Of a stretch of DNA of 64,000 nucleotides, positions 1-8,573 are shown in pieces. The notes below the pieces were generated by a model. The model ran no database searches. It was not told the DNA's origin and worked only from the letters and a program-made list of their open reading frames with translations. Made by a program: the position numbers and the translations under genes. How positions within the stretch are numbered: the first letter of the stretch is position 1; every line of letters begins with the position of its first letter. This DNA comes from Candidatus Latescibacterota bacterium (GTDB taxonomy: Bacteria > Krumholzibacteriota > Krumholzibacteriia > WVZY01 > JAKEHA01), in NCBI GenBank assembly GCA_963707635.1, contig OY970173.1:1920001-1984000 (forward strand), in the 5' to 3' direction.

Positions 1-429
1 CGCCGGGGGGGCCTGGGGGAAGGCGGTGGCGAGCGAGCACAGCTTGACGCTGCGCGTCGAGGCGTGGATCACGAAGATCTTCTCGTTGTTGCTCGACGGG
101 TCGCCGGGAAACACGAAGAAACCGAAGCCCTGGGGCGAATAGTTGAGGGTGTACCCGAAGAGGATCTCGCCGTCGGCGAACTCCACCATGACCTTCTTGC
201 CGTTGTTCTGGCGCGCGAAGAAGCCCTTGCGCTCGTCGTAGTCGGGGTTGCCGTTGTACTCGCGCACGAAGAACAGCGCCTTGAGCGAGGAAAGGCCGAT
301 GTCGTGGAGGTAGGGTCCGTCGTTGAGGTGAAAGTGGGCCCGCAACGGCGAAAAATCGATCGTGGTGCCACGAGCGAGGGTGCCGTCGCGAAAGCGTACG
401 ACCACCCGGTTCTCCAACTTGGGTGCCAT
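1..429 (-). CDS. Conserved hypothetical protein, DUF6982-like (3' end runs off the window; missing from the ORF track)
   Basis: ATG at 429, open to the window edge: MAPKLENRVVVRFRDGTLARGTTIDFSP...LKALFFVREY...KKVMVEFADGEILFGYTLNY...GFFVFPGDPSSNNEKIFV. Family name is from memory. Confidence 0.75.
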   Translation of the reverse strand, partial: MAPKLENRVVVRFRDGTLARGTTIDFSPLRAHFHLNDGPYLHDIGLSSLKALFFVREYNGNPDYDERKGFFARQNNGKKVMVEFADGEILFGYTLNYSPQGFGFFVFPGDPSSNNEKIFVIHASTRSVKLCSLATAFPQAPPA

Positions 430-442
430 ACGCCTCCGAGAA

Positions 443-458
443 TGCAACGGGCGTACCA
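443..458 (-). promoter_or_regulatory. Sigma54 -24/-12 promoter candidate
   Basis: TGGTACGCCCGTTGCA on the minus strand, GG-N10-GC; consensus is TGGCACGnnnnTTGCW. Confidence 0.65.
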
Positions 459-617
459 CGGCCGGTGGGAGGGGACGCGGGTTCCGCGCGAGTCTCTGCC
501 CGTCCCCGGGATTACCGGTTGGGTGTCACCCGTGTGGGTCCGGGCCGCCCGCGTCGGCGCCGGGCTGCGGAAGATTCCGCGCCGGGTGGGGAAGAATCGC
601 CAGCGACGCGTGCCCGG

Positions 618-1382
618 CTACGACGTCCCCGCGCTGCGGCGGAGGTTTCGCAGCAGGGGTTCGAAGAGGTCGATCGGCACCGGGAAGATGATGGTCGAGT
701 TCTTTTCCACCGCGACCTCGGTCAGCGTCTGCAGGAACCGGAGCTGGAGCGACGCCGAGTTCTCCGAGAGCACGTCCGCCGCCTCGCGCAGCTTGGCCGC
801 CGCCTGGAACTCGCCGTCGGCATGGATGACCTTGGAACGGCGCTCGCGTTCCGCCTCCGCCTGTTTCGCGATCGCGCGCTGCATCTCCACCGGCAGGTCG
901 ACGTGTTTGACCTCGACCATCGAGACCTTCACCCCCCACGCATCGGTCTGCTCGTCGATGATGCGCTGGAGGCGCTGGTTGATGACCTCGCGCTCGGAGA
1001 GCAGCTGGTCGAGTTCGAATTGTCCCACCACCGAGCGCAGCGTGGTCTGCGCGAGCTGGGTGGTGGCGTAGAGGTAGTCCTCCACCTCCGTGATGGCCCG
1101 CGCGGGGTTCATCACGCGAAAGTAGACCACCGCGTTGACCTTCACCGACACGTTGTCCTTGGTAATGACGTCCTGCGGCGCCACGTCCATGGTCACCACC
1201 CGAAGCGTCACTTTCACCATCTTGTCGACGATCGGGACCAGCAGCACCAGGCCGGGCCCGCGCGCGCCGGCGAGCCGGCCGAGGCGAAATACCACGCCGC
1301 GCTCGTACTCGCGCAGGATCCGGATCGCGCTGGCTATCAGCATGAACGCGATGAAGGCGATGGCGATGAAAGAAAGTTGCAC
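618..1382 (-). CDS. SPFH/stomatin (slipin) family membrane protein
   Basis: N-terminal TM helix, [49 protein letters not shown]. Confidence 0.95.
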   Translation of the reverse strand: MQLSFIAIAFIAFMLIASAIRILREYERGVVFRLGRLAGARGPGLVLLVPIVDKMVKVTLRVVTMDVAPQDVITKDNVSVKVNAVVYFRVMNPARAITEVEDYLYATTQLAQTTLRSVVGQFELDQLLSEREVINQRLQRIIDEQTDAWGVKVSMVEVKHVDLPVEMQRAIAKQAEAERERRSKVIHADGEFQAAAKLREAADVLSENSASLQLRFLQTLTEVAVEKNSTIIFPVPIDLFEPLLRNLRRSAGTS

Positions 1383-1402
1383 GGGGGCCTCCTTAGGGAA
1401 CG

Positions 1403-2746
1403 TTAGGTCTTTGGTCTCACGCGCACGCGCATGCCGTCGACGTCGACCACCACGACCGCTGTCCCGGCCGCGATGGGGTCGTCGCTGTGCGCGTTCCAGA
1501 ATTCGCCGTGCACGAACACCGATCCTTCCTCGTGCACGGCCGTCTTGGCCACTCCCGCTTCTCCCACCAGGCCCTCGTTCCCGGTGGTGACCCGGCGCCG
1601 CTGGGCGCGCACGCCCATTCCCACCGCGAACAGGAAGAACAGCGCGGTGAACGCCACCGCCGGGATGATGACGGAGAGGGACACGCGCATGAACGGAAGC
1701 GGGGAATCGATGAGCATGATGGAACCGATCAGCATTGCCACCACCCCTCCGATGGCGAGGGCGCCGTGCGAGGCGATTTTCACCTCGAGAACGAAGAGCA
1801 CGATCGCGATTGCGATCAGCGCCAGCCCCGTCCAGTTGATCGGCAACATCTGCAGTGCGAAGGCCGCCGATATCAGCGCGATCGCGCCGACCACACCCGG
1901 GAGGATCGCGCCCGGATTCTGGAGCTCGAAGAAGACGCCGAAAATGCCGGCGAGCAGGAGCAGGTAGGCGATGTTCGGCTCCGAGATCCGCGCGAGGAAC
2001 CGTTCGCGAAACGAGGGCGGCGCGTCCTCGATCCGCGCGCCGGCGGTGTGCAGCGTGACCGCACCGGAATCGGTCTCGACGATCCGGCCGTCCAGGCCGC
2101 GCAGCAGTCGGTCGAGGTCGGGCGCAACCAGGTCGATGACCCGCTCCGCCAGCGCCTCTTCTGCGGTGGACGAAATGCTCTCGCGCACCACGCGCTCCGC
2201 CCAGTCCACGTTGCGTCCGCGCCGGGCGGCGATGCTGCGGGCGTACGCGGCGGCGTCGTTGGTGACCTTCTCCTCCATGACGTCGTCGGGTTCCTCGCCC
2301 GGACGGCCGCCCGGGCCGATCGAGACCGGGTGGGCGGCGCCCAGGTTGGTGCCGGGCGCCATCGCGGACACGTGCGCGGCCAGCGCGATCAACGCGCCCG
2401 CGCTGGCGGCGTGGGCGCCGCCGGGAGACACGTACGTGGCGACCGGTACGGGGCTTGCAAGAATCGCCTGGATGATGTCCCGCATGGAGGAGGAAAGACC
2501 ACCGGGGGTGTCCATGCGCAGGACGACGCAGACCGCGCCTTGCGCGCGCGCGTCCCGGAGCAGGCGCTCAACATAGAGTGCGGTGGCGGGACCGATGGCT
2601 CCGTCGATGTCGCCGACGAGAACGCTCGGCGCCGCGGCCGGCGACGGCATGGATTCCGTCTGACCGGTCGCGCGCGGCGCGAACAGCGCGACGACGACGG
2701 CGAGCCCGACGACGGGCGCGAGGAACCTGGGTGTGGGAGTGCGCAT
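1403..2746 (-). CDS. nfeD: NfeD long form (membrane-bound ClpP-class serine protease)
   Basis: [29 protein letters not shown] bundle and C-terminal OB fold; typical partner of the SPFH gene; start uncertain (2746 or 2812). Confidence 0.92.
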   Translation of the reverse strand: MRTPTPRFLAPVVGLAVVVALFAPRATGQTESMPSPAAAPSVLVGDIDGAIGPATALYVERLLRDARAQGAVCVVLRMDTPGGLSSSMRDIIQAILASPVPVATYVSPGGAHAASAGALIALAAHVSAMAPGTNLGAAHPVSIGPGGRPGEEPDDVMEEKVTNDAAAYARSIAARRGRNVDWAERVVRESISSTAEEALAERVIDLVAPDLDRLLRGLDGRIVETDSGAVTLHTAGARIEDAPPSFRERFLARISEPNIAYLLLLAGIFGVFFELQNPGAILPGVVGAIALISAAFALQMLPINWTGLALIAIAIVLFVLEVKIASHGALAIGGVVAMLIGSIMLIDSPLPFMRVSLSVIIPAVAFTALFFLFAVGMGVRAQRRRVTTGNEGLVGEAGVAKTAVHEEGSVFVHGEFWNAHSDDPIAAGTAVVVVDVDGMRVRVRPKT

Positions 2747-2897
2747 GTTCGATGCGCCGGCGCGGAGCGACCTCGGCACACGCCGGGGCGTCGTCGCCGG
2801 CTTCGCGAACATGGTAGCGCAGCGGTGGGGGCGCGAGAAGGGCAAACCCCGCTGCGAATTGGGTTTGATCGCAGGCGCGCCCGGGTGGTAGCCTTTT

Positions 2898-2914
2898 TGG
2901 CAACTTCGTTGCCT
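2898..2914. promoter_or_regulatory. Palindromic sigma54 -24/-12 candidate between the divergent nfeD and HNH genes
   Basis: Plus TGGCAACTTCGTTGC; minus AGGCAACGAAGTTGC; both GG-N10-GC. Confidence 0.5.
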
Positions 2915-2927
2915 CACAACGCTAGGG

Positions 2928-3467
2928 GTGAGTTCGTTCGAACACGTTCTATTGCTCAACGCGTCGTTTGAGCCGCTAAACGTAATCGGCTGGCAGCGCG
3001 CGATCAAACTGGTCGTGCTGGAAAAAGCCGAGATTGTCGAAGCGACCGATCGCCACGTGCGGTCAGTGTCCCGGCACGTGCCGGTTCCGTCGGTCGTGCG
3101 GCTTACCTGTTTCGTGCGCTTCCGCCGCCGCGAGGCCAAGTTCTCGCGCCGCAACATCTACTCCCGCGACGACCATCGCTGCCAGTATTGCGGGGAGCGC
3201 CTCACTCCCGGTGACCTGACCTGCGACCATGTGATCCCGCGCTCGCGCGGCGGCCAGACCGCATGGGCGAACATCGTGACGTGCTGCGTTCCCTGCAATC
3301 GCCGCAAGGGGGGGCGCACTCCGTCGGAAGCGGGGCTGCGTCTGATTCGGTCACCGGGACAGCCCACCTGGCTCTGGGGCGTGCAGAACCGCTTCGCCAA
3401 CCGCCGGCCGCCGAAGGCCTGGCATATCTACCTCTACATCGACCGGGAGCTCGAAGGGGTTTCCTGA
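2928..3467 (+). CDS. HNH endonuclease (McrA-like)
   Basis: LLLNASFEPL N-terminus, RD-CQYC, DHVIPRSRGG, W-NIVT-CVPCN-RKG. Confidence 0.92.
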   Translation: MSSFEHVLLLNASFEPLNVIGWQRAIKLVVLEKAEIVEATDRHVRSVSRHVPVPSVVRLTCFVRFRRREAKFSRRNIYSRDDHRCQYCGERLTPGDLTCDHVIPRSRGGQTAWANIVTCCVPCNRRKGGRTPSEAGLRLIRSPGQPTWLWGVQNRFANRRPPKAWHIYLYIDRELEGVS

Positions 3468-3508
3468 CGCCGCGCCGATCGTGCGGAGGGCGCCGGGAAG
3501 AGAGAGCT

Positions 3509-3595
3509 TGGTGCCGGAGGTCGGAATCGAACCGACATGGAGTTGCCTCCGGGGGATTTTGAGTCCCCTGCGTCTACCAGTTTCACCACTCCGGC
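3509..3595 (-). tRNA. tRNA-Leu(CAA)
   Basis: GCCGGAGTGGTGAAACTGGTAGACGCAGGGGACTCAAAATCCCC...GGTTCGATTCCGACCTCCGGCACCA; long variable arm, encoded CCA. Confidence 0.97.
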
Positions 3596-3653
3596 ACCAC
3601 CAGGAAAGTGTCATTATCTACCGCAACGGCAGGCGGTTGTCCAGACATTCCAC

Positions 3654-3681
3654 TTGACGAAGCGGGCCGGTCTGGTAAGGT
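3654..3681 (+). promoter_or_regulatory. Sigma70-type promoter of tRNA-Ala
   Basis: TTGACG-N16-TAAGGT with extended TG. Confidence 0.55.
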
Positions 3682-3692
3682 GGATCCGGTAT

Positions 3693-3768
3693 GGGGTTGT
3701 AGCTCAGCTGGGAGAGCACTTGACTGGCAGTCAAGAGGTCACGGGTTCGATCCCCGTCAACTCCACCA
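3693..3768 (+). tRNA. tRNA-Ala(GGC)
   Basis: GGGGTTGTAGCTCAGCTGGGAGAGCACTTGACTGGCAGTCAAGAGGTCACGGGTTCGATCCCCGTCAACTCCACCA. Confidence 0.97.
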
Positions 3769-3789
3769 TCTTTCACTCCTCCCAGCCGA

Positions 3790-5223
3790 TTGTCGACGAA
3801 CCTCTGCATTTTCGAAGACAAGAAGTTCTCGAACTTCTTGCCGCTTTCGTTGAGTCAGCCCGTCTTCGACCTGCGCGTCGGGTACGGGACCCTGCGGACG
3901 CGGCTGGTTGACGCGCTGCCGCGCCACCGCCTCTCGCTCATCTGCCGCGACTACCTCGCCGACGTGGCGAGGATCGTGGCGGCGCCGGCGTCGGTCAACG
4001 AGACCCCGGCGGGTACCACGCTGTTCTTGAACGGCCGCCTGCTCTGTTTCGGCGACGAACGCGCCCGCCTGCTGAAACAGCTCGACGACGACACCGTCGC
4101 GGTCAAGGGAGGCTACATCGTCGCCGCGCGCCTGAACCGCGCGGCCGCGGTCGAGGTGGCCGCGTATCTGCTCAAGCGCGTCAACGACGACGCGGTCGAG
4201 CAGATGTGCGCCGCGCTGCGCGCGCAGGCGACGGGGACGGTGGAACCGGCGCGCCGGCGCAAGGCGACGACGCGAGCGTCGAACGCGGCGCAGGGCACCT
4301 ACGAAGACCTCCACGCGATCGGCCAGGACGACGTCGAAGAGAAGCTGCCGCTGGAGCTGGAGCGCGTGTTCGACGCGCGCAGCATACGGCGGGTGGAATG
4401 GCCCGAAGCGCGGCTGGTTTCGTTCCCGTGGCAGTTGATAGAGTTCAACGGCGCCGCGATCGCGGACGATTTCACGCGCATGCCGTTTCGCGGGCAGGCG
4501 GAGGACTGCGTGGTCTACCCGGGCGTCCACGTGATCGAAGCGGACAACGTGGTGATCGGGGAGAAGGCCGTCATAAGGGCCGGCGTCGTACTCGACGCGA
4601 CCGGCGGGCCCATCGTGGTCGGCGACCGGGCGGTGGTCATGCCCAACGCCTGCGTCGTGGGCCCCGCGAGCATCGGCCCCGATTCGATCGTCAAGGCGGG
4701 GGCCAAGATTCTGGAAGGCACCTCGATCGGCCCGGTGTGCAAGGTCGGCGGCGAGGTCGAGGAAACCATCCTCGGCGCCTATTCGAACAAGCAGCACGAC
4801 GGATTCATCGGCAACTCCTACCTGGGTGAGTGGGTGAACATCGGCGCGGCGTCGAACAACAGCGATCTGAAGAACAACTACAGTCCGGTCCGCATGTGGT
4901 GCGCGGGGAGCATGCGCGAGACCGGGCGCCAGTTCCTCGGGCTCCTGATGGGCGACCACACCAAGACCGGGATCAACACGCTGTTCAACACCGGCACGGT
5001 GGTCGGCTTCAACTGCAATATTTTTTCGAGCGAAATGCCCGCGAAGTTCGTTCCCAGCTTTTCGTGGGGACACGGCGAGCACATGACCGGCTACGACCTC
5101 GACAAGGCGATGAACACCGCGGCGGTGGTGATGGAGCGTCGTCGCGTCAAGTTCACCGCGGCGCACCAGCAACTGTTCCGCCGAATCCATGAAATGAGCG
5201 AGCGCGCCGGCCGCAACCTCTGA
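3790..5223 (+). CDS. GlmU-like sugar nucleotidyltransferase / hexapeptide acyltransferase (Bacteroidota-type alternative GlmU family)
   Basis: FLPLS--PVFDLRVG N-terminus, left-handed beta-helix repeats, KVGGEVE, SNKQHDGFIGNSYLGEWVNIGA, GDHTKTGIN. Confidence 0.85.
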   Translation: MSTNLCIFEDKKFSNFLPLSLSQPVFDLRVGYGTLRTRLVDALPRHRLSLICRDYLADVARIVAAPASVNETPAGTTLFLNGRLLCFGDERARLLKQLDDDTVAVKGGYIVAARLNRAAAVEVAAYLLKRVNDDAVEQMCAALRAQATGTVEPARRRKATTRASNAAQGTYEDLHAIGQDDVEEKLPLELERVFDARSIRRVEWPEARLVSFPWQLIEFNGAAIADDFTRMPFRGQAEDCVVYPGVHVIEADNVVIGEKAVIRAGVVLDATGGPIVVGDRAVVMPNACVVGPASIGPDSIVKAGAKILEGTSIGPVCKVGGEVEETILGAYSNKQHDGFIGNSYLGEWVNIGAASNNSDLKNNYSPVRMWCAGSMRETGRQFLGLLMGDHTKTGINTLFNTGTVVGFNCNIFSSEMPAKFVPSFSWGHGEHMTGYDLDKAMNTAAVVMERRRVKFTAAHQQLFRRIHEMSERAGRNL

Positions 5224-5525
5224 TCACCCGCCACCACCGCCGGGAATCCCAACACCGTGCACGCCGCGCGGCTCCCGGCCCGTCCACTCGCCGCCATCAG
5301 GAGATACCGCGCCGTGACGCGCGACGCGTCCTCACCCGAACACCGGCGTGCGTCCATCTCGTTACAGCGGAGCAGACTCCCGCTTCGTGACTCCAGACGG
5401 CTGCGCCGTGTCCCGCAGCGGCGCGCCGGCGACGAATCCGCCGCGAACGCCATCGTCGCTTGCAACCGCTTGCACGGCTTTGAGCTGCCCTTGCCAAGCC
5501 CGCGAGGCGATGCGTCGCGGGGGCG

Positions 5526-5541
5526 TGGCACATGCCTTGAT
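5526..5541 (+). promoter_or_regulatory. Sigma54 -24/-12 promoter candidate (GA variant at -12)
   Basis: TGGCACATGCCTTGAT; predicted +1 about 5552-5553. Confidence 0.55.
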
Positions 5542-5552
5542 AGGTCCAGGGT

Positions 5553-5660
5553 GAAAAGGCCGCTGCTTCGCCCGTGTCTTGCTTCGGCGTGGGCCCATTC
5601 CCTCAAGGACATTGCGTTTCCCGAGACCAGGCACACGGCGCGGCGGCGCCTTTTCGTTTT
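5553..5660 (+). ncRNA. Putative ~105-nt long-hairpin small RNA
   Basis: GAAAAGGC/GCCTTTTC, CGCTGC/GCGGCG, CCGTGT/ACACGG and CTTG-CTTCGG/CCGAGA-CCAGG pairings; U-rich end; begins at the predicted sigma54 +1. Confidence 0.5.
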
Positions 5661-5752
5661 GCCCCCGGATCCCGCACCCGCCGCCGCCTCCGGATACTCC
5701 CACCGCGCCCAGCCGCGGGAATCGAGCCCGCCGCCGCTCTGTAAGGTCTTAT

Positions 5753-5781
5753 TTGACAGAGGTTCCGTGGTGTGATAGGTT
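5753..5781 (+). promoter_or_regulatory. Sigma70-type promoter of the HU/IHF-bS22 operon
   Basis: TTGACA-N17-TAGGTT with extended TG. Confidence 0.6.
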
Positions 5782-5914
5782 GGTCGCCGATCTCATTGCC
5801 GGTGTTCGACCCCGGGGCTCCGTCGTCCAGGCGGCGACGGAAGCACCGCGGATCGGTCCGGTGGTTCGCGACGCGTTTGCGACGCAACCCATTGTTGTCA
5901 ACTGGGAGAGAACC

Positions 5915-6199
5915 ATGACGAAAGCAGACTTGGTCGAGGATATCTCGAGGGTCACCGGGCTCAACAAGAAGGACACGAGCATCATTGTCAATGAGGTGAT
6001 CAACAATATTTGCCGCGCGTTGGCCGAGGGCGACAAGGTCGAGCTGCGCGGATTCGGGAGTTTCAAGGTGAAGGAGCGCCGGGCCCGGCAGGCGCGTAAC
6101 CCGCGCACCGGCGCCGGGGTTCAGGTGCCCGCGAAGTTGGTGCCGTTCTTCAAGGCGTCCAACGAACTCAAGGCGCGTGTCAACGATTCCACCGTCTGA
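5915..6199 (+). CDS. HU/IHF family DNA-binding protein
   Basis: MTKADLV...VELRGFGSFKVKERRARQARNPRTG...VPFFKAS; GGGAGAG RBS. Confidence 0.96.
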   Translation: MTKADLVEDISRVTGLNKKDTSIIVNEVINNICRALAEGDKVELRGFGSFKVKERRARQARNPRTGAGVQVPAKLVPFFKASNELKARVNDSTV

Positions 6200-6224
6200 A
6201 CGCGAAGAAAGGGAGTATTCGGGA

Positions 6225-6320
6225 ATGCCTTGCGGACGCAAACGTAAACGACAGAAGATCAGGACTCACAAGCGCAAGAAACGCCTGCGCAAGAACCGCC
6301 ACAAGAAGAGATTGCGGTAG
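6225..6320 (+). CDS. 30S ribosomal protein bS22 (AURKAIP1/COX24 family), 31 aa; missing from the ORF track
   Basis: MPCGRKRKRQKIRTHKRKKRLRKNRHKKRLR*; GGGAG RBS. Confidence 0.85.
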   Translation: MPCGRKRKRQKIRTHKRKKRLRKNRHKKRLR

Positions 6321-6325
6321 TCGAC

Positions 6326-6363
6326 GGGCGGCGGCCGGTGAATCCGGCCGCCGCCTTCGTTTG
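6326..6363 (+). terminator. Intrinsic terminator
   Basis: GGCGGCGGCCGG-TGAAT-CCGGCCGCCGCC followed by TTCGTTT. Confidence 0.75.
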
Positions 6364-6406
6364 AACTCGAAGTGCGGGATTCATCCGCAGGAGGTCAAAG
6401 AGGTCG

Positions 6407-6760
6407 ATGACACGAGTCGAACGACGCTCCGCCGCCCGGTTGCCGGCGCGGCTGGCCATGGAGATCACGCTGGGTGCGGACCGCGCGCGCGCGGAAAGCC
6501 TCAACGTGAGCGCCAACGGCGTGTACTTTTCGTCCAAGGCCTACATACCGCTGCTGACGCGGCTGCGGATCACGCTCGAGCTTCCGGAGGAGCCCGGTTC
6601 GACGTCGCGGGTGGCGTGCGACGGGGTCGTGGTGCGCACCGAGCCGGAGGTGGAAACCGCGTCGGCCAGCGAGTACGAGGTCGCCTGCTACTTTACGGAT
6701 ATGTCCGACACCGACCGCGACCGCCTCGAGTCGTATATCCTTCGCCACGTACCGTTTTGA
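6407..6760 (+). CDS. Stand-alone PilZ domain protein
   Basis: ERRSAAR (RxxxR) and NVSANG (D/NxSxxG) motifs. Confidence 0.88.
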   Translation: MTRVERRSAARLPARLAMEITLGADRARAESLNVSANGVYFSSKAYIPLLTRLRITLELPEEPGSTSRVACDGVVVRTEPEVETASASEYEVACYFTDMSDTDRDRLESYILRHVPF

Positions 6761-6781
6761 AATATAGACGGTTGTCTCGAT

Positions 6782-6817
6782 GGGTGGCCGCCCCCGGGGG
6801 TGGCCACTTTTTGTTTG
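6782..6817 (+). terminator. Intrinsic terminator
   Basis: GTGGCCGCCCC/GGGGTGGCCAC hairpin followed by TTTTTGTTT. Confidence 0.75.
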
Positions 6818-6878
6818 CCCGCGTTTTTGGCCCTGTGGTAAGCCTGTTACCACTTTCGAGCGGCCGGAGGCTATCAGG

Positions 6879-8531
6879 TTGAAAAGGAAGATCCCAAGAT
6901 CACCCCGCGACGGTACCCCGGCGCCTGTGGCCCACGTGGCCTCGCCCGTCGTCGCCGAGCCGCTCGAGCGCGTGGCCGCGCAGCTCAAGACGCTCTACCA
7001 GATGGGGCGCGATCTGGGGGACGACGAAAACTGGAGCGACGCGCTCGACCGCTTCCTGATGGCGTTGGTGACGTTCATGGGGGCGAGCGGGTCCGGATTG
7101 CTCCTGTTCAGCGACCGCGAGCGTTCGCTGTCGGTGCGCGCCGTGTTCCACGTGGACGACGAGCTGGTGGAGCGCGCGATCGCGACCATCCGCGAAGGCT
7201 GGCACCAGCACGCGCGCCGCGCGGAGATGCACAGCCTCGAGAGCTACCGCGAGCGCCGCCCCACCTCGTGCCTGGAACGCACCACGCGCTGGGCCGTCAC
7301 CGTGATCCCGCTGCGGCACCGCGGCCGCGCGCTCGGATTCCTGCTGCTCGACAAGGTGTATACGAGTGCCCCCGACTTCCAGCGCGACTATCATTTCTTG
7401 AGCGCGTTGCAGACGATCTTCGCGGAAGAGATCGCGAACGCGTCGTACATCAGCGACCTGCGGCAGTTGAGCCGGTTCAACCAGAAGGTCCTCGATAATA
7501 TCCGCAGCGGAGTCGTCACCACCGACCTGGAAGGCAACATTCGCTATTCGAACTCGTGGGCCAGCGACATGTGCCCGCGGCTGCGCTCGGTCGCGAAGAC
7601 GACCATCGCGTTCGACGACCTCTTCCACGGCTCGCCCCCGCCCGGCCTGTTCCGGCGCTTCCGGGACGCGCCGGGGGACAGCGAGGTGGTCGAGGTGGAC
7701 TGCCATGGCGGGCGCGCTCACCCGTTTCCGGCGCGACTCCGGCTGGCGAAGATGCACGACGACCACCTCAACGGCACGGTCGTGATCGCGATCTTCGACG
7801 ACCTTTCCGAGCACAAGCGCATGGAAGAGGCGATTCGTCGCAACGACCGCCTGCGCTCGCTGGGGCAGTTGTCGGCGGGTGTCGCGCACGAGATTCGAAA
7901 TCCGCTGGCGGGGATCGCCACCACCGCCGAGGTGCTGGCCTCGAAACTGCGCGGCGACGAGGAGAAGACCAAGTACGTCGACGTCATGCTCGATGAGGTG
8001 AGCCGGCTCGACGGCATCGTGCGCAACCTGCTCGCGTTCGCGCGCCCGCCCAGGCCGCAGCTGGCCCCGTGCCTGGTCGGCGAGATCGTGGAGCGCGTGC
8101 GCGTGCTGCTCGCGGACCAGGCGCGGGCCCGCAGCGTCGCGGTGGACGTCGAAGTCGGGGCCGCTGCGCGTTGTCTCGCCGACGCGTCGCAGCTCACGCA
8201 GGTTCTGCTGAACCTGGCGCTGAACGCCGTGCAGGCGTGCGCCGCCGGAGACCGGGTGTCGATCGGGGCGCGGCGCGAGACGGACGCGGAGCAGGAGTGG
8301 GTGTCGATCGAGGTGTCGGACACCGGCGCCGGCGTACCGAGCGAGGTACGCGAGAGCCTGTTCGAGCCGTTCGTGACCACCAAGACGCAGGGAACCGGTC
8401 TGGGCCTCGCGATTACGCGCCAGATCGTCGAGGACCACCGGGGGACGATTGCGTGCACGTTCCTCGAGCGCGGGACCACATTCACCGTCCGCCTGCCGGC
8501 GTACGCGGAGGTCGGCACCGGGGCGCGCTAG
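6879..8531 (+). CDS. Cytoplasmic sensor histidine kinase (GAF-like + PAS + HisKA + HATPase)
   Basis: H-box AHEIRNPL, N-box NLALNA, G1 DTGAG, F-box FEPFVTTK, G2 GTGLGL; TTG start after GGAGG. Confidence 0.93.
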   Translation: MKRKIPRSPRDGTPAPVAHVASPVVAEPLERVAAQLKTLYQMGRDLGDDENWSDALDRFLMALVTFMGASGSGLLLFSDRERSLSVRAVFHVDDELVERAIATIREGWHQHARRAEMHSLESYRERRPTSCLERTTRWAVTVIPLRHRGRALGFLLLDKVYTSAPDFQRDYHFLSALQTIFAEEIANASYISDLRQLSRFNQKVLDNIRSGVVTTDLEGNIRYSNSWASDMCPRLRSVAKTTIAFDDLFHGSPPPGLFRRFRDAPGDSEVVEVDCHGGRAHPFPARLRLAKMHDDHLNGTVVIAIFDDLSEHKRMEEAIRRNDRLRSLGQLSAGVAHEIRNPLAGIATTAEVLASKLRGDEEKTKYVDVMLDEVSRLDGIVRNLLAFARPPRPQLAPCLVGEIVERVRVLLADQARARSVAVDVEVGAAARCLADASQLTQVLLNLALNAVQACAAGDRVSIGARRETDAEQEWVSIEVSDTGAGVPSEVRESLFEPFVTTKTQGTGLGLAITRQIVEDHRGTIACTFLERGTTFTVRLPAYAEVGTGAR

Positions 8532-8573
8532 CCCGGTTTCCGGCACGAAGGCATCAACCCGAAGGAGTGATTC

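Noticed and set aside
2928..3768. HNH nuclease beside two tRNAs as a mobile island
   Set aside because: No integrase, no duplicated tRNA 3' end (att) seen and no compositional shift; this HNH family is commonly chromosomal.
5596..5604. sRNA loop CATTCCC complementary to GGGAATG at the bS22 start (6221-6227)
   Set aside because: Only 7 bp, which is expected by chance; would need IntaRNA plus conservation to support.
5500..5695. Extended fold as 6S RNA
   Set aside because: Outer stems can be drawn, but the bubble is very asymmetric and the context is not typical. Not supported by eye; cmscan would settle it.
5257..5775. ORFs in the glmU-HU gap (172, 181, 113 and 78 aa)
   Set aside because: Arg/Pro/Ala-rich, no recognisable motifs and no well-spaced RBS; they look like GC shadow ORFs.
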